Positions 48,613 to 60,586 of a stretch of DNA of 64,000 nucleotides are shown here, in pieces. The stretch comes from Candidatus Eremiobacteria bacterium (lineage in GTDB: Bacteria > Vulcanimicrobiota > Vulcanimicrobiia > Vulcanimicrobiales > Vulcanimicrobiaceae). The position numbers and the translations under genes were made by a program. Positions within the stretch are counted from its first letter, which is position 1. Every line of letters begins with the position of its first letter. A model generated the notes under the pieces. That model was not told the origin of the DNA. It did no database searches and saw nothing but the letters and a program-made list of their open reading frames with translations. The stretch covers positions 896,001-960,000 of the forward strand of contig CAVWUU010000004.1 in NCBI GenBank assembly GCA_963758295.1. The letters are read 5' to 3'.

Positions 48613-48735
48613 TTACGCCCTTGGCTTTCGCCGCAGAGCCGCCGCTGGGTTGACGGTGATGATTTCGCGCTTGACCGCAGCCTCCAGCACGCGCCCAATG
48701 AGGGAATAGAGCCGCTGCTTCGCGACGTCGCCCCG
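48613..48735 (-). pseudogene. Remnant resembling a tyrosine integrase core-binding domain
   Basis: Manual translation GDVAKQRLYSLIGRVLEAAVKREIITVNPAAALRRKPRA*, matching the l...Av....i..NP pattern; in-frame stop upstream. Confidence 0.5.
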
Positions 48736-48818
48736 GGGGCAGCGCTTGATCTTATGCGACTATTGGTATGGCAGCGCTCTCCGAGAGGCTCAAGAGGGCG
48801 GCAAAGCTGACGGGGCTC

Positions 48819-48926
48819 AAATCAGGAATAGCGACACCGCAAGCCGATCTCGATCGCATCGAGCAACGATTGAAACAGGCTCGTGCCCTCGCCGCAGAGG
48901 CTAAGAGAAGCACTCATGAGCAATAA
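48819..48926 (+). pseudogene. C-terminal remnant of a Gp49/DUF891 RelE-like toxin
   Basis: Manual translation KSGIATPQADLDRIEQRLKQA...*, overlapping the start of the cognate-type HTH antitoxin; the N-terminal part is absent. Confidence 0.65.
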
Positions 48927-49275
48927 GACTGAAAAAATCAAGGTAACCGAAAGTAGTCGCAACGTGTTTGCCGATCTTGGACTGCCAAACGCCGACGAAC
49001 GTCTGGCGAAAGCGAACCTTGCCATCGTGATCAAACGCGAACTCGACGATCGCAAATGGACGCAAGCTCAGGCAGCGGAGTATCTCTTCCTCACCCAGCC
49101 GCAAGTCTCCAAAATTCGTAACGGACGACTCGAAGATTTTTCGCGCGACATGCTACAGAAAATCTTGCGCAACTTAGGGATCGACGTCGAGATTTCACTG
49201 CACAAGCGCGCAGACGGTGGGGATCGGAACGCTCCGCGTCCTCCAAGCCGGTTAGCGCATGAGTATCGAACCTGA
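48916..49275 (+). CDS. XRE/HTH_37 HigA-like antitoxin
   Basis: SSRNVFADLGLPNA, WTQAQAAEYLFLTQPQVSKIRNGRLEDFS, LGIDVEI. Confidence 0.88.
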   Translation: MSNKTEKIKVTESSRNVFADLGLPNADERLAKANLAIVIKRELDDRKWTQAQAAEYLFLTQPQVSKIRNGRLEDFSRDMLQKILRNLGIDVEISLHKRADGGDRNAPRPPSRLAHEYRT

Positions 49276-49454
49276 CGGTGAAGCGGACATTCTACCTCCT
49301 ACCATGTGCTCCGACGACTGACGGTCGAGCGTAAACCCGATTCCTCGGAAATGCGGCCGGCCATTGAGCAATTCGACACATAATCATCTCGACGCAAGAA
49401 GCGGATAACCTGAACGGTGTGCCGGTTTTACAATCACGATCGCCCGAAAATCAA

Positions 49455-49487
49455 AAGCCCCGCGAAATGTTTCATTTCGCGGGGCTT
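49455..49487 (-). terminator. Terminator downstream of tRNA-Asn
   Basis: Perfect 15-bp stem AAGCCCCGCGAAATG/CATTTCGCGGGGCTT followed by T-rich tract on the minus strand. Confidence 0.85.
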
Positions 49488-49492
49488 CGACA

Positions 49493-49568
49493 TGGCTCCG
49501 GATGCTGGACTCGAACCAGCGACCCGCTGATTAACAGTCAGCTGCTCTACCAACTGAGCTAATCCGGA
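49493..49568 (-). tRNA. tRNA-Asn(GTT)
   Basis: TCCGGATTAGCTCAGTTGGTAGAGCAGCTGACTGTTAATCAGCGGGTCGCTGGTTCGAGTCCAGCATCCGGAGCCA; 76 nt, GTT anticodon, encoded CCA. Confidence 0.98.
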
Positions 49569-49582
49569 ACGTTGACTGCGGG

Positions 49583-49611
49583 ATTGTATCGGATTTAGAA
49601 ACGTTCCGCAA
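49583..49611 (-). promoter_or_regulatory. tRNA-Asn promoter
   Basis: TTGCGG-N17-TACAAT on the minus strand, 14 nt upstream of the tRNA. Confidence 0.65.
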
Positions 49612-49758
49612 CCGTTTCGGGCCCTATTGCGGCAACTCCGTACCGAGCGGGCCGGGAGCCTCGTTCTGCGACCCGACCCGTACCCCTCCCGGCTTACCAA
49701 CGGCTTACAATCGTCCGACCAAAGTCGAGGGCAGCGATCGGCCAGGGGCCAAGCAGCG

Positions 49759-50442
49759 TCAGGCAGCGTTGTGAAAGATTATCCCCAGAGCATATCGCAA
49801 GCCGCCGTCGATGCTGCTCACTCCGTGTCGCATCTTCACGCGGTAGTATCCGGTTCGTCCGCGCACGGGGCGTTCGTTGGTACAGAATACGATCGCTTCC
49901 CCTTGCTTGGCGCGGATTACCATGGGCTTCGACTGCATGCGCGGGCGCTGTTCGACCAGCACGAATTCGCCGCCGGAATAATCGCGCTCCGGTTCGCTCA
50001 GCATGACGACCATTTGAAGCGGAAACGCGAGGTCCCCGTAAAGATCTTGGTGCAAGCAGTTATAGCCGCCGCTTTCGTACCGTAAAATCAGCGGCGTCGG
50101 CCGGCATTGTCCCGCCTCAGCGCATCGCTCCAGAAACGCATCAAGCGTCGCCGGATAGGAAACGCCGGAGCGCATTCGATCCATCCAACGGTTTGCCACG
50201 GGCGCAAGTTGCGCATAGACTTCGTGTCGCACCGAATCAATTAGCGCCGGCAGCGGATTCGCGAAATACTTGTATTCGCCCAAGCCGAAGTTGTGGCGTT
50301 CCATAACTACGCGGCTGCGAAAGCGCGCATCGTCGTCATAGAACGAAATCAGCTCCCGGCATTGCGTTTCGTCCAGCACGCGGCCGGCGCGGAAGTAGCC
50401 CTTCTCATCCAATTCACGCGTGAGCGCTTCTTCGTCGAACAT
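49759..50442 (-). CDS. 2OG-Fe(II) oxygenase (DUF2086/prolyl-4-hydroxylase-like)
   Basis: FRSRVVMERHNFGLGEYKYF, YNCLHQDLYG, EQRPRMQS, MRHGVS, LGIIFHNAA. Confidence 0.92.
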   Translation of the reverse strand: MFDEEALTRELDEKGYFRAGRVLDETQCRELISFYDDDARFRSRVVMERHNFGLGEYKYFANPLPALIDSVRHEVYAQLAPVANRWMDRMRSGVSYPATLDAFLERCAEAGQCRPTPLILRYESGGYNCLHQDLYGDLAFPLQMVVMLSEPERDYSGGEFVLVEQRPRMQSKPMVIRAKQGEAIVFCTNERPVRGRTGYYRVKMRHGVSSIDGGLRYALGIIFHNAA

Positions 50443-50503
50443 CGCTCAATAATAACAAAAGCGGCCGGATTGCTCCGACCGCTTTCTTGCGGGACGAGGG
50501 AGC

Positions 50504-51107
50504 CTACCGTTGACCGCCGCCGGATTGACGGCGAATGGTCACGGTATTGTTCAGCGTGATCTGCACGTTCGAGCCGTGCGGCAGATCGAAGTTGGTCTTC
50601 TTGTTGACGCCGTAGAGCAGGCCGCCCGCCGCGCCCAGCGACGCCGCCGCCGCCCGTGTGGAAGATCGTCTTGCCGAGCACGTTGCCGAGCAGCATGCCG
50701 CCGAGCGTCGTCAGCGCGACGTGGCCGCCGTTGGCTTGTTCGGTCTTCCGCTGGTCTTGCGTCATCGTTGCCGAGATATCGACGGTGCTGCCGTCGGCCA
50801 AGCCGCAGGTAATCAAACTGCAGGCCGAGTGCGGGCTTCTTGCCCTGTCCGGCTGCCGTGACGCTCGTCACTTCACCGGCGATGATCGCGCCTTGAAACG
50901 CGGGGTCGCCGCTCGGATACGGCGGCACGACGTCCATCACGAAGCGATCGCCGACATGCGCGTTGCCGGTGTTGATGTCGTGCGCAGGCGTCCGTTGATT
51001 TGCGCTCCCTGGTAGAGCGTCAGCGTGCTCTGCGCCGACGCCGCGAACGTCGTTCCGACGAAGGCCGCGAGCGCTGCGAGCGCCATCAAGCCGTTGCGAA
51101 ATTTCAT
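50504..51107 (-). CDS. Secreted protein with glycine-zipper-like segment (several frameshifts)
   Basis: GGAG RBS, MKFRNGLMALAALAAF signal; INTGNAHVGDRF; LGGMLLGNVLGKTIFHTGGGG. Confidence 0.6.
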
Positions 51108-51210
51108 TCTGTTCTCCTTTGTATGCGCGATGCATACTCGTCCTACAAACGCGAAGACCCCGCGGGTGCGTTCCGCAGGGCCTTGAAGTTTTCTGGCCGA
51201 TGCCAGCTAA

Positions 51211-52441
51211 CTATTTTGCGAAGTTCGGTACGCGCAGCGCCTCGCCGGTAAACCCGGTCGCTTCGCGCAGCGCGTCGACTTTATCGAGGCGCTCCCACGG
51301 CAGATCGAGGTCCGGACGTCCGAAGTGGCCGTACGCCGCCGTCTGCTTGTAGATCGGACGGCGCAGGTCCAGGTAGTGAATGATCGCGGCCGGACGCAGA
51401 TCGAAGACTTTCTTAACGGCTTCAGCGATCTGTTCTTCCGCGATCTTCGCGGTGCCGAACGTTTCGACGAGCACGCTCATCGGTTCGGCGACGCCGATCG
51501 CATACGCGACTTGCACTTCGCAGCGATCCGCAAGGCCCGCCGCGACGACGTTTTTCGCGACCCAACGCGCCGCGTACGCTGCCGAACGGTCCACCTTCGT
51601 CGGGTCTTTGCCCGAGAACGCGCCGCCGCCGTGACGCGCCATGCCGCCGTAGGTGTCGGCAATGATTTTGCGTCCGGTCAATCCGGCGTCGCCCATCGGG
51701 CCGCCGATGACGAAACGGCCCGTCGGATTCACGTAGATGCGCGTGTTCTCGTCCATCATCGCCGCCGGAATGACGTGCTTTGATGACGTGTTCCGTCACG
51801 TCTTTGCGGATCTGCTCGAGCGTCGCATCCGGATCGTGCTGCGTCGAAATGACGACGGCATCCACGCGCACCGGCTTGTCGCCTTCGTACTCGACCGTGA
51901 CTTGCGACTTGCCGTCGGGGCGCAGATACGGCAGCGTGCCGTCTCTTGCGAACGTGCGTCAAGACGGCGCGTGAGGTTGTGCGCCAGCACGATCGGCAGC
52001 GGCATCAGCTCCGGCGTTTCGCGGCACGCGTAACCGAACATCATGCCTTGATCGCCGGCGCCGGTCGATTCGAACTCGTCGCTTCTTGCCGGTGCGCGCT
52101 TCGAGCGACTTATCGACGCCCATCGCGATGTCCGGCGACTGTTCGTCGATCGACACGTTCACGCCGCACGTGTTCGCATCGAAGCCGACGACGGAATGGT
52201 TGTAACCGATCTCGCGGATCGTTTCGCGCACGAGACGCGGAATATCGACGTAGCTCTTCGTCGTGACTTCGCCCGCGATGTGTACCTGTCCGGTGATCGC
52301 GAACGTTTCAACGGCGACGCGCGACATCGGATCGTCGCGCAGCATCGCGTCGAGAATCGCGTCGGAAATTGCATCGGCGACTTTGTCGGGGTGCCCTTCG
52401 GTGACCGATTCAGAGGTAAAGAGACGGCGGTACTGATTCAC
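51211..52441 (-). CDS. metK: S-adenosylmethionine synthetase (frameshifts 51770-52090)
   Basis: [73 protein letters not shown]. Confidence 0.96.
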
Positions 52442-52443
52442 GC

Positions 52444-54416
<1,973 letters not shown>

Positions 54417-54431
<15 letters not shown>

Positions 54432-55271
54432 GATCAGCGGCAGTTTCTCGCCCGACATATATGCGGTAATCTCTGCGTGCGCAATTGCATCGGCGGCAAA
54501 CGTAAACGTTCCGTTCTCGTGCACTTCACGCGCCGCGCGAACGAATGCGCCAAATGCCGCCCGAGCAAACGCGCCGCCGACACTGATGCGTTTTACGCCC
54601 GCCGCGGCAAGCTCTTCCACGGTGAACGTCGCACCCTTAAGGCCCATCACCACGTTTACCGGCCTATCGACCGCGGCGCAGACCTCACGAATCGCGTCTA
54701 AGCTAGGCAGCGCGGGAGCGTATACGACATCGGCACCCGCTGCTGCGTACGCCTGCAGCCGGCGAATCGTATCATCGAGATCCGCACGCCCGTGTAAAAA
54801 GTTCTCGGCGCGTGCCGTCAGGACGAACGGCAAGGACCGTGCGGCCTCGCAGGCCGCGGCTACTCGTGCCACGGCTTCTTCGAATCCGTAGATCGGATCG
54901 GCGGCATTGCCGGTCGCATCTTCGATCGAACCACCGGCTAAGCCGATTGCGACAGCGCGGCGGATCGTTTCCGCACAGGCCGGCGGCTCTGCGCCAAAGC
55001 CGTCCTCCAGATCGGCTGAAACGGGAAGATCCGTTGCCTCCACGATTTCGCGCGCATTCTCGAGCACTTCATCGCGCGAAAGACCGGCTGCCGAATCCCG
55101 GCGGCCGACTGAAAACGCGTACCCGGCACTCGTCGTCGCAATCGCTTCAAAGCCGAGGGCCGCCAGTATGCGAGCCGATCCCGCGTTCCACGCGTTGCCG
55201 ACGACAAATGCACCTGGGCGCTCGTGCAAACGGCGAAAAGCCTCGCACTTTTCGGTTGCGGATACCGGCAT
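54417..55271 (-). CDS. Isocitrate lyase/PEP mutase family protein
   Basis: NAWNAGSA, ATTSAG, PVSADLEDGFG, GGSIED, LTARAE, AGADVVY, RISVG. Confidence 0.92.
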
Positions 55272-55282
55272 CAGGCCAGCTC

Positions 55283-57958
55283 CTATTCGGGCGCCACGAC
55301 CACACGACTCAAGTGCGCGGGATCGATCCAGCGCCGCATCGCGTCGCGCAAATTTTGCGGCGTAGTCGAAAGCAGGCGCGTGTAGTACTGATACGTGTCG
55401 TTGGCGTCGATGCCGCTCTCGGCCGAACTCAGCAAGTCGTCTGCGACGCCGTTATAGGTATCGAGTTCCACGATGTCGCGCGCGATCAGCAGCGCTTTGG
55501 CTTGCTGAAGCGTCTGCACCGGCAGCACGTCGTGCCGCATGCGTTCGATCTCGGCAAGCGCCGCCGTCTGCGCGTGCTGCACGTTCTTCGGGTCGGATGC
55601 GAAGTCGATCGAGAACGTTGCGCCGCTGCGGCTCACGTCAAAACTTGAATCAATCGAATAAACGTAGCCCTTTGCTTCACGCACGTTGCGGAAAAGTAAC
55701 GAACCCGTTCCCTCGCCCGAAAGAATCGTATTCGCAAGCTCCAGCGCGACCACGTCGGGATCGCCGCGGTGAAGCGCGAGCGCCTGCGTGAGCGTAACGC
55801 TCGACTGCTTCGCGCTTGCGGATTTCACGGTAACGCTAGTCGCGCTCTTTCGATGTTCCAGGTTCGGGAATTTGAACGTTGGACGGGGTCCGGTGGCCTT
55901 CCAGCTGCCGAAGTACTGTTGCACGATGGCTCGCGCATGATTCGGATCCACGTCGCCGACGATCGAAATCGTCGTGAGGTCCGGGCGGTACGCGAAAGCA
56001 TACCACCGCTTCACATCATCGAGTGTAATAGAGGAAAGAGTCTTTTCCGTCGCCCGGCGGCGGCGGGGATCGCCCTTGGCGTAAATGGCATTCAAACGTG
56101 CAATCAGCGCCTGCGTTTCCGGACGGCCGTCCATGGCCACTGTAGTTTGCAACGCGTTCTTCTGCACGAGCGCGAAGTAATTTGCAGCGAATGACGGATG
56201 CAACTCGCCGTCGGCAAGCAGCGCAACCGCCCGGTCGAAATCTTGCGCACGCGCTTTCATGGCGAAATCCGTGCCGAGCGAGACGCTCGCCGCAATCGCA
56301 TCGAGTTGCGCTTGAAAATCCTTGTAGTCGTACGTCGTCGTTCCGAAATCGAGAAGGCTGGACGCGAGCGAAGCAACACCGTCCTTTCCTTTGGGTTCGT
56401 AGAGCTGCGGGCTCGTGTGAACATGCGCGCTGAGTACGATGGTCGGCAAGAGCTTCAGGCGCACCGTGAGCACCAAACCGTTGGAAGTTTCACGGTCTTA
56501 GTTTGTCGTCGACACGCGGCGCGTGGAGCGGCGCAGAAAAATACGGCGCCGTCCATTCGGGCAGCTTGGTGCTGCTCGTTGCGGTTACTTGGACGTGCTC
56601 TTTAGATGCATTGGGGTCGACGTGCGCGACCGTTGCGCCGGTGGTCGCAGAAAGATCCATCGTCACTTGCTGGCCACCCTCGACGTACTGTTTGAGCACG
56701 CGATTCACGTCCGCCACGGTGACGTTTGCATAGGCGTCGTACGACGCATCGGGCGACGGCATGCCTTCGGCCAATGCCAGCGACCAGTCAAACGCCTGGC
56801 CCGGAATGGATGCCGCAGCGTAAGCTTTAGATGCGAGCAAACGCGTACGCGCTGCCTCAACGAATTCCGGCGGCACCCCGCTTTTGGCATACTCGTCGAT
56901 CACGGCGCGAAGATCGGCGATCGCGGTCTTCGTGTCGCCACCCGGCCGCGCAATACCGAGCAGCATGCCGAACCCAACTTCGGGATACGCGCTCGAAACT
57001 GCGAACGCACCGAGGACTTTGCCTTGCAGCGTAAGACCCGTTAAGTCGCTGCGCCCGTTGTTCAGCGACGCAAACAACACTTCGGAGGCGGCATAATCTT
57101 TGTCGGTTGCGCCGGGAAGTCGAAAACCGAGCGCCACGATCGGCACCGGGAAGTCAATCTTCTGCGCGATGGTCGTCGATTTGACCGGGGTAACGACAAT
57201 CGGTTTGTGCGAAGGAACCGTCGCCGAAGGGACGGCTGTAAATGCGGTTTGCACCTGCGAGAGCGCCGCTTGGGGATCCACGTCGCCGGAAATCACCAGC
57301 GTCGCGTTGCCCGGGTGATACCACGTATGGTAGAACGCCGAGATGTCGGCCGCGGTCATCTTGTCGAAGCCGGCAATCGTCCCCACCGCGTCGCTTGCGT
57401 ACGGCGTATCGCCGAAGAAAAACGCCTGCAACCGCTGCGAAACGCCGTATAGCGGGCTGCTCTCGTGCGCGCGCACTTCCTGTTCGATCGCGCCACGTTC
57501 GGTTTTCCAGTCAGAAGCGCGAATCGCGGCGTTGGCCATACGGTCGGCTTCGAGCCGAAAGCCACCGGCAGATATGCCGACGGCATGGTGAAGTAGTATC
57601 GCGTGTATTGGTTCGTCGTTTCGGCATTGTATTCGGCGCCCGTTCGCGTAGCGATGTCGGCGAACTGATTGGCCGTCACATCGGTCGTACCACGGAACAT
57701 CATGTGTTCGGTCGCGTGAGCAATTCCGGGAATCGAGTCGTCGTCGGAGCCGACGTTATACGTCAACGAAGTCGTGACAACCGGAGCAAGTTTGTTGGGC
57801 ACGACGACGACGCGAAGGCCGTTGGGAAGCGTCGCTTGCCTTACGGAGTCGGAAACCGCGGCCGGCGAAGGCGCCGGCGATGCGGTTTGGGCAGCCGCCG
57901 GAGAACACAAAAAGACGCCGATTGTAAGAACGGCGGTCGCGGAACGGAAAAATGGCAA
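55283..57958 (-). CDS. Secreted M16 (pitrilysin-like) zinc peptidase; frameshifts near 57560 and 56490
   Basis: AGGAGG RBS + TTG 57958; TLPNGLRV, GIAHATEHMMFRGT (HxxEH), YHPGNATLVISGDVD, LFRNVREAKGYVYS. Confidence 0.9.
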
Positions 57959-57974
57959 GGGACCCTCCTGAATT

Positions 57975-58787
57975 TTACCCGGAAGCAACGCGTTCGAGGA
58001 ACGGACGGATATCTTCCTCGTGTACCTCCATACCGACGCCCCGGGCGTGGTAGCGAATATCGTGAAAATCCGACCCGGCCGTCATGACCAGCTTGTAGCG
58101 CTCCGCCAGTTCACGGAATTCCCGGACGTCGCCGGTGTCGTGAAGCGGATAAAAGACCTCCAGCCCCGCGAGACCTTCTCGTGCGAGTTCGTGGATGAGC
58201 GAGCGGTCTTTTAGGCGGCCGGGGTGTGCAAGCACCGCGACGCCGCCTGCAGCGCCGATGATTCGAATCGCTTCTTGGGGTGTGATGTGCGCCGACGGAA
58301 CGTAGCCCGGCTTCCCGCGGCGCAGCAAGTTGCGAAACGCTGAATCGACGTTTTCGACGAGCCCGGCGCGAATGAGCGCCTTGGCCACATGAGGGCGTCC
58401 GAGCGCCTTCGCCTTGGTGCCGCCTTCGCGCAGCACGTCGGCGACGCTGATCCCGTACCCGGCGCGGCGCAGCTGATCGACCATTTTCTCTACACGCGCC
58501 CGCCGCTCGGAACAATTGTTCTCGACCATCGCGACCAGTTCGTCGTTCGCAAGCGGCAAATTAAAGCCGAGAATATGGACTTCGTTCTCACGGTAAGTCG
58601 TGTTGATTTCTATCCCGGTCACGACGCGCGCTCCATTGCGCGCCTCGAAGTTTCCGTAGGCGGAAAGCGAGTCGTGATCGGTTATGGAAAAGGTTTCCAC
58701 ATTGCGCTCGCCCATGAAGTTGGCGAGCTCTTGAGGCGAAAGCGTTCCGTCACTCTCGTAGGTGTGACTGTGAAAGTCGACGATCAA
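57975..58787 (-). CDS. PHP-domain phosphoesterase (TrpH/YciV-like)
   Basis: DFHSHTYESDG, ITDHD, GIE, VHILG, GRPH, LAHP, GSDFH. Confidence 0.93.
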   Translation of the reverse strand: MIVDFHSHTYESDGTLSPQELANFMGERNVETFSITDHDSLSAYGNFEARNGARVVTGIEINTTYRENEVHILGFNLPLANDELVAMVENNCSERRARVEKMVDQLRRAGYGISVADVLREGGTKAKALGRPHVAKALIRAGLVENVDSAFRNLLRRGKPGYVPSAHITPQEAIRIIGAAGGVAVLAHPGRLKDRSLIHELAREGLAGLEVFYPLHDTGDVREFRELAERYKLVMTAGSDFHDIRYHARGVGMEVHEEDIRPFLERVASG

Positions 58788-58797
58788 CGAGCGAGCT

Positions 58798-59103
58798 TCA
58801 ATTTGGCGATAGGTGGCGGCGCTCCACTGCAAGTGAAATGCCGGTACGCTCGTTGTCGCTTATTTCAACCGTAATGAATGAAGGGACGACGATCACGTCG
58901 ATCTCGCTCCCTTTAAGGTAGCTACGCGCGATCGCAACGGCCTTGATGGCCTGATTGATCGCGCCTGCACCGACCGCTTGAATTTCGGCATTATCCCGTT
59001 CGCGAATGACGGCAGCAAGTGCGCCGGCAACCGCATTAGGATTGCTGCGTGCCGAGACCTTAAGCGTACCCGGCGTGACCTGAATCATCTGGTCGCCGTT
59101 CAT
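58798..59103 (-). CDS. spoVS: SpoVS-family protein
   Basis: LKVSARSNPNAVAGALA, AEIQAVGAGAINQAIKAVAIAR, ERTGISL; ATGA-coupled to ymdB. Confidence 0.93.
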   Translation of the reverse strand: MNGDQMIQVTPGTLKVSARSNPNAVAGALAAVIRERDNAEIQAVGAGAINQAIKAVAIARSYLKGSEIDVIVVPSFITVEISDNERTGISLAVERRHLSPN

Positions 59104-59897
59104 GCAATGCCTCGCAGAAAGATTCGTTTTATGTCTGCGGCTTTGCCCGACACCCGGTCGATCGAGACGATCGCCGCGCAAAACTGCTTCGTACCGGTCT
59201 TTTGTACGTTGAAGCGCTCCGACATGCCGGTTAAGAAGCGATCTAATACAGCTCCAACCTCCATGCCGATGACGCCTTCGGTCGGGCCGGTCATGCCCAC
59301 GTCCGTGATGTAGGCAGTGCCGCCCGGCAGGACCTGTTCATCCGCCGTCTGCACGTGTGTATGCGTACCAAAGATAGCAGAGGCGCGGCCATCCAGGAAA
59401 CGAGCGAGCGCTACTTTCTCCGATGTTGCCTCGGCATGCACGTCCACAATGACGATGGGCGTTGCAACGCGCAAGTCCTCGATCAATTGATCGGCGCAGC
59501 GGAACGGATCGTCGACGGTCGGCATAAACGTGCGGCCCATGACGTTCAGCACGCCGACGGTTACGCCGTCCACGCTAAACGTGCCGCTGCCGCGTCCCGG
59601 AACGGTCGGCGGATAGTTCGCCGGACGAATCACCCGGTCGGTGTTATCTAGATACGTCTTGAAGTCGCGCTTGTCCCAGATATGGTTGCCGCTGGTAATG
59701 AAGTCGACGCCCGTTGCGAACATCTCCTCGGCGGTCTGCGCGGTAAGCCCAAATCCGCCGGCGGCATTTTCGCCGTTGGCAATGCAAGCATGGACGTTGT
59801 ATTGATCGCGGACAAGCGGCACACATCGTTTCAACGTGTCCCGCCCCGGCGAACCTACGACGTCCCCAATGAGCAGAAGATTTAGCGGGTCGTTCAG
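59100..59897 (-). CDS. ymdB: YmdB-like metallophosphoesterase
   Basis: LLIGDVVGSPGR, NGENAAGGFG, TSGNHIWD, RPANYP, DVHAEATSEK, GTHTHVQTAD, TDVGMTGP; start probably CTG 59897. Confidence 0.93.
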   Translation of the reverse strand: MNDPLNLLLIGDVVGSPGRDTLKRCVPLVRDQYNVHACIANGENAAGGFGLTAQTAEEMFATGVDFITSGNHIWDKRDFKTYLDNTDRVIRPANYPPTVPGRGSGTFSVDGVTVGVLNVMGRTFMPTVDDPFRCADQLIEDLRVATPIVIVDVHAEATSEKVALARFLDGRASAIFGTHTHVQTADEQVLPGGTAYITDVGMTGPTEGVIGMEVGAVLDRFLTGMSERFNVQKTGTKQFCAAIVSIDRVSGKAADIKRIFLRGIA

Positions 59898-60445
59898 CGG
59901 CGCGACGATGCCTTCGCTTTCCGTTGAGATTTCAAGAAGTAGACAAGCACTCGGGCTTCTTCGCGAAAGCCCACCAAACTCTTCGATTGCGCCGGATCGC
60001 GCAACGCCTCGATCGCGTAAAGCGCCGCCTCGTCCTGCGCGACCGGATCTGAATCCAAGTGATCCTCGGGAAGCGGGTTGCGTACGAGTGTATCGCCGTA
60101 CCGCTCTGCACAGAGCGTTACCAGCATCTCCAGTTCTTCTTTAGAGAACGTCTCCAGATCGCGCGTGACGTGAATGAATGTGGTCGTGCGATCGCTTTCG
60201 AACTCGACGCGAACCATCTGCGCTTCGTCTTTGGCCAGCAGCAGATACCCGCCGACGTGATCCTCGATGCCGTCGCGGAGCGCCGCCTGTGACTTCTTGT
60301 CGAGCCGGGACTTCACGGCAAACGTAAGCCGCACGGTGCGTTCGGCCGGCACCGACCGGATCGATGCGAGCTCAGGGAAGCGCACCAGCAACGCACATAC
60401 GAGGCTGACGGTGTCGGCATTTTCGACGGGTAGACGGCTATTCAT
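59894..60445 (-). CDS. Conserved-looking hypothetical protein
   Basis: 183-aa ORF (LLVRFPEL, VTRDLETFSKEE, LVGFREEARVLVY) overlapping the ymdB start. Confidence 0.75.
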   Translation of the reverse strand: MNSRLPVENADTVSLVCALLVRFPELASIRSVPAERTVRLTFAVKSRLDKKSQAALRDGIEDHVGGYLLLAKDEAQMVRVEFESDRTTTFIHVTRDLETFSKEELEMLVTLCAERYGDTLVRNPLPEDHLDSDPVAQDEAALYAIEALRDPAQSKSLVGFREEARVLVYFLKSQRKAKASSRR

Positions 60446-60586
60446 AATTTTTGGAGAGTTCTTACTTGAGGATATCCCGCAGAGTACGCCACCCGCCCAG
60501 GGCCGGGTGACTCATCTTTCGGGGGACGCCATGAATACGACGCGGGCTCAAGGCCACACCTGGCCCGTATACGAAAGCAAACCCGC

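Noticed and set aside
58798..59103. Evidence for sporulation
   Set aside because: SpoVS is widespread in non-sporulating bacteria; no other sporulation genes here.
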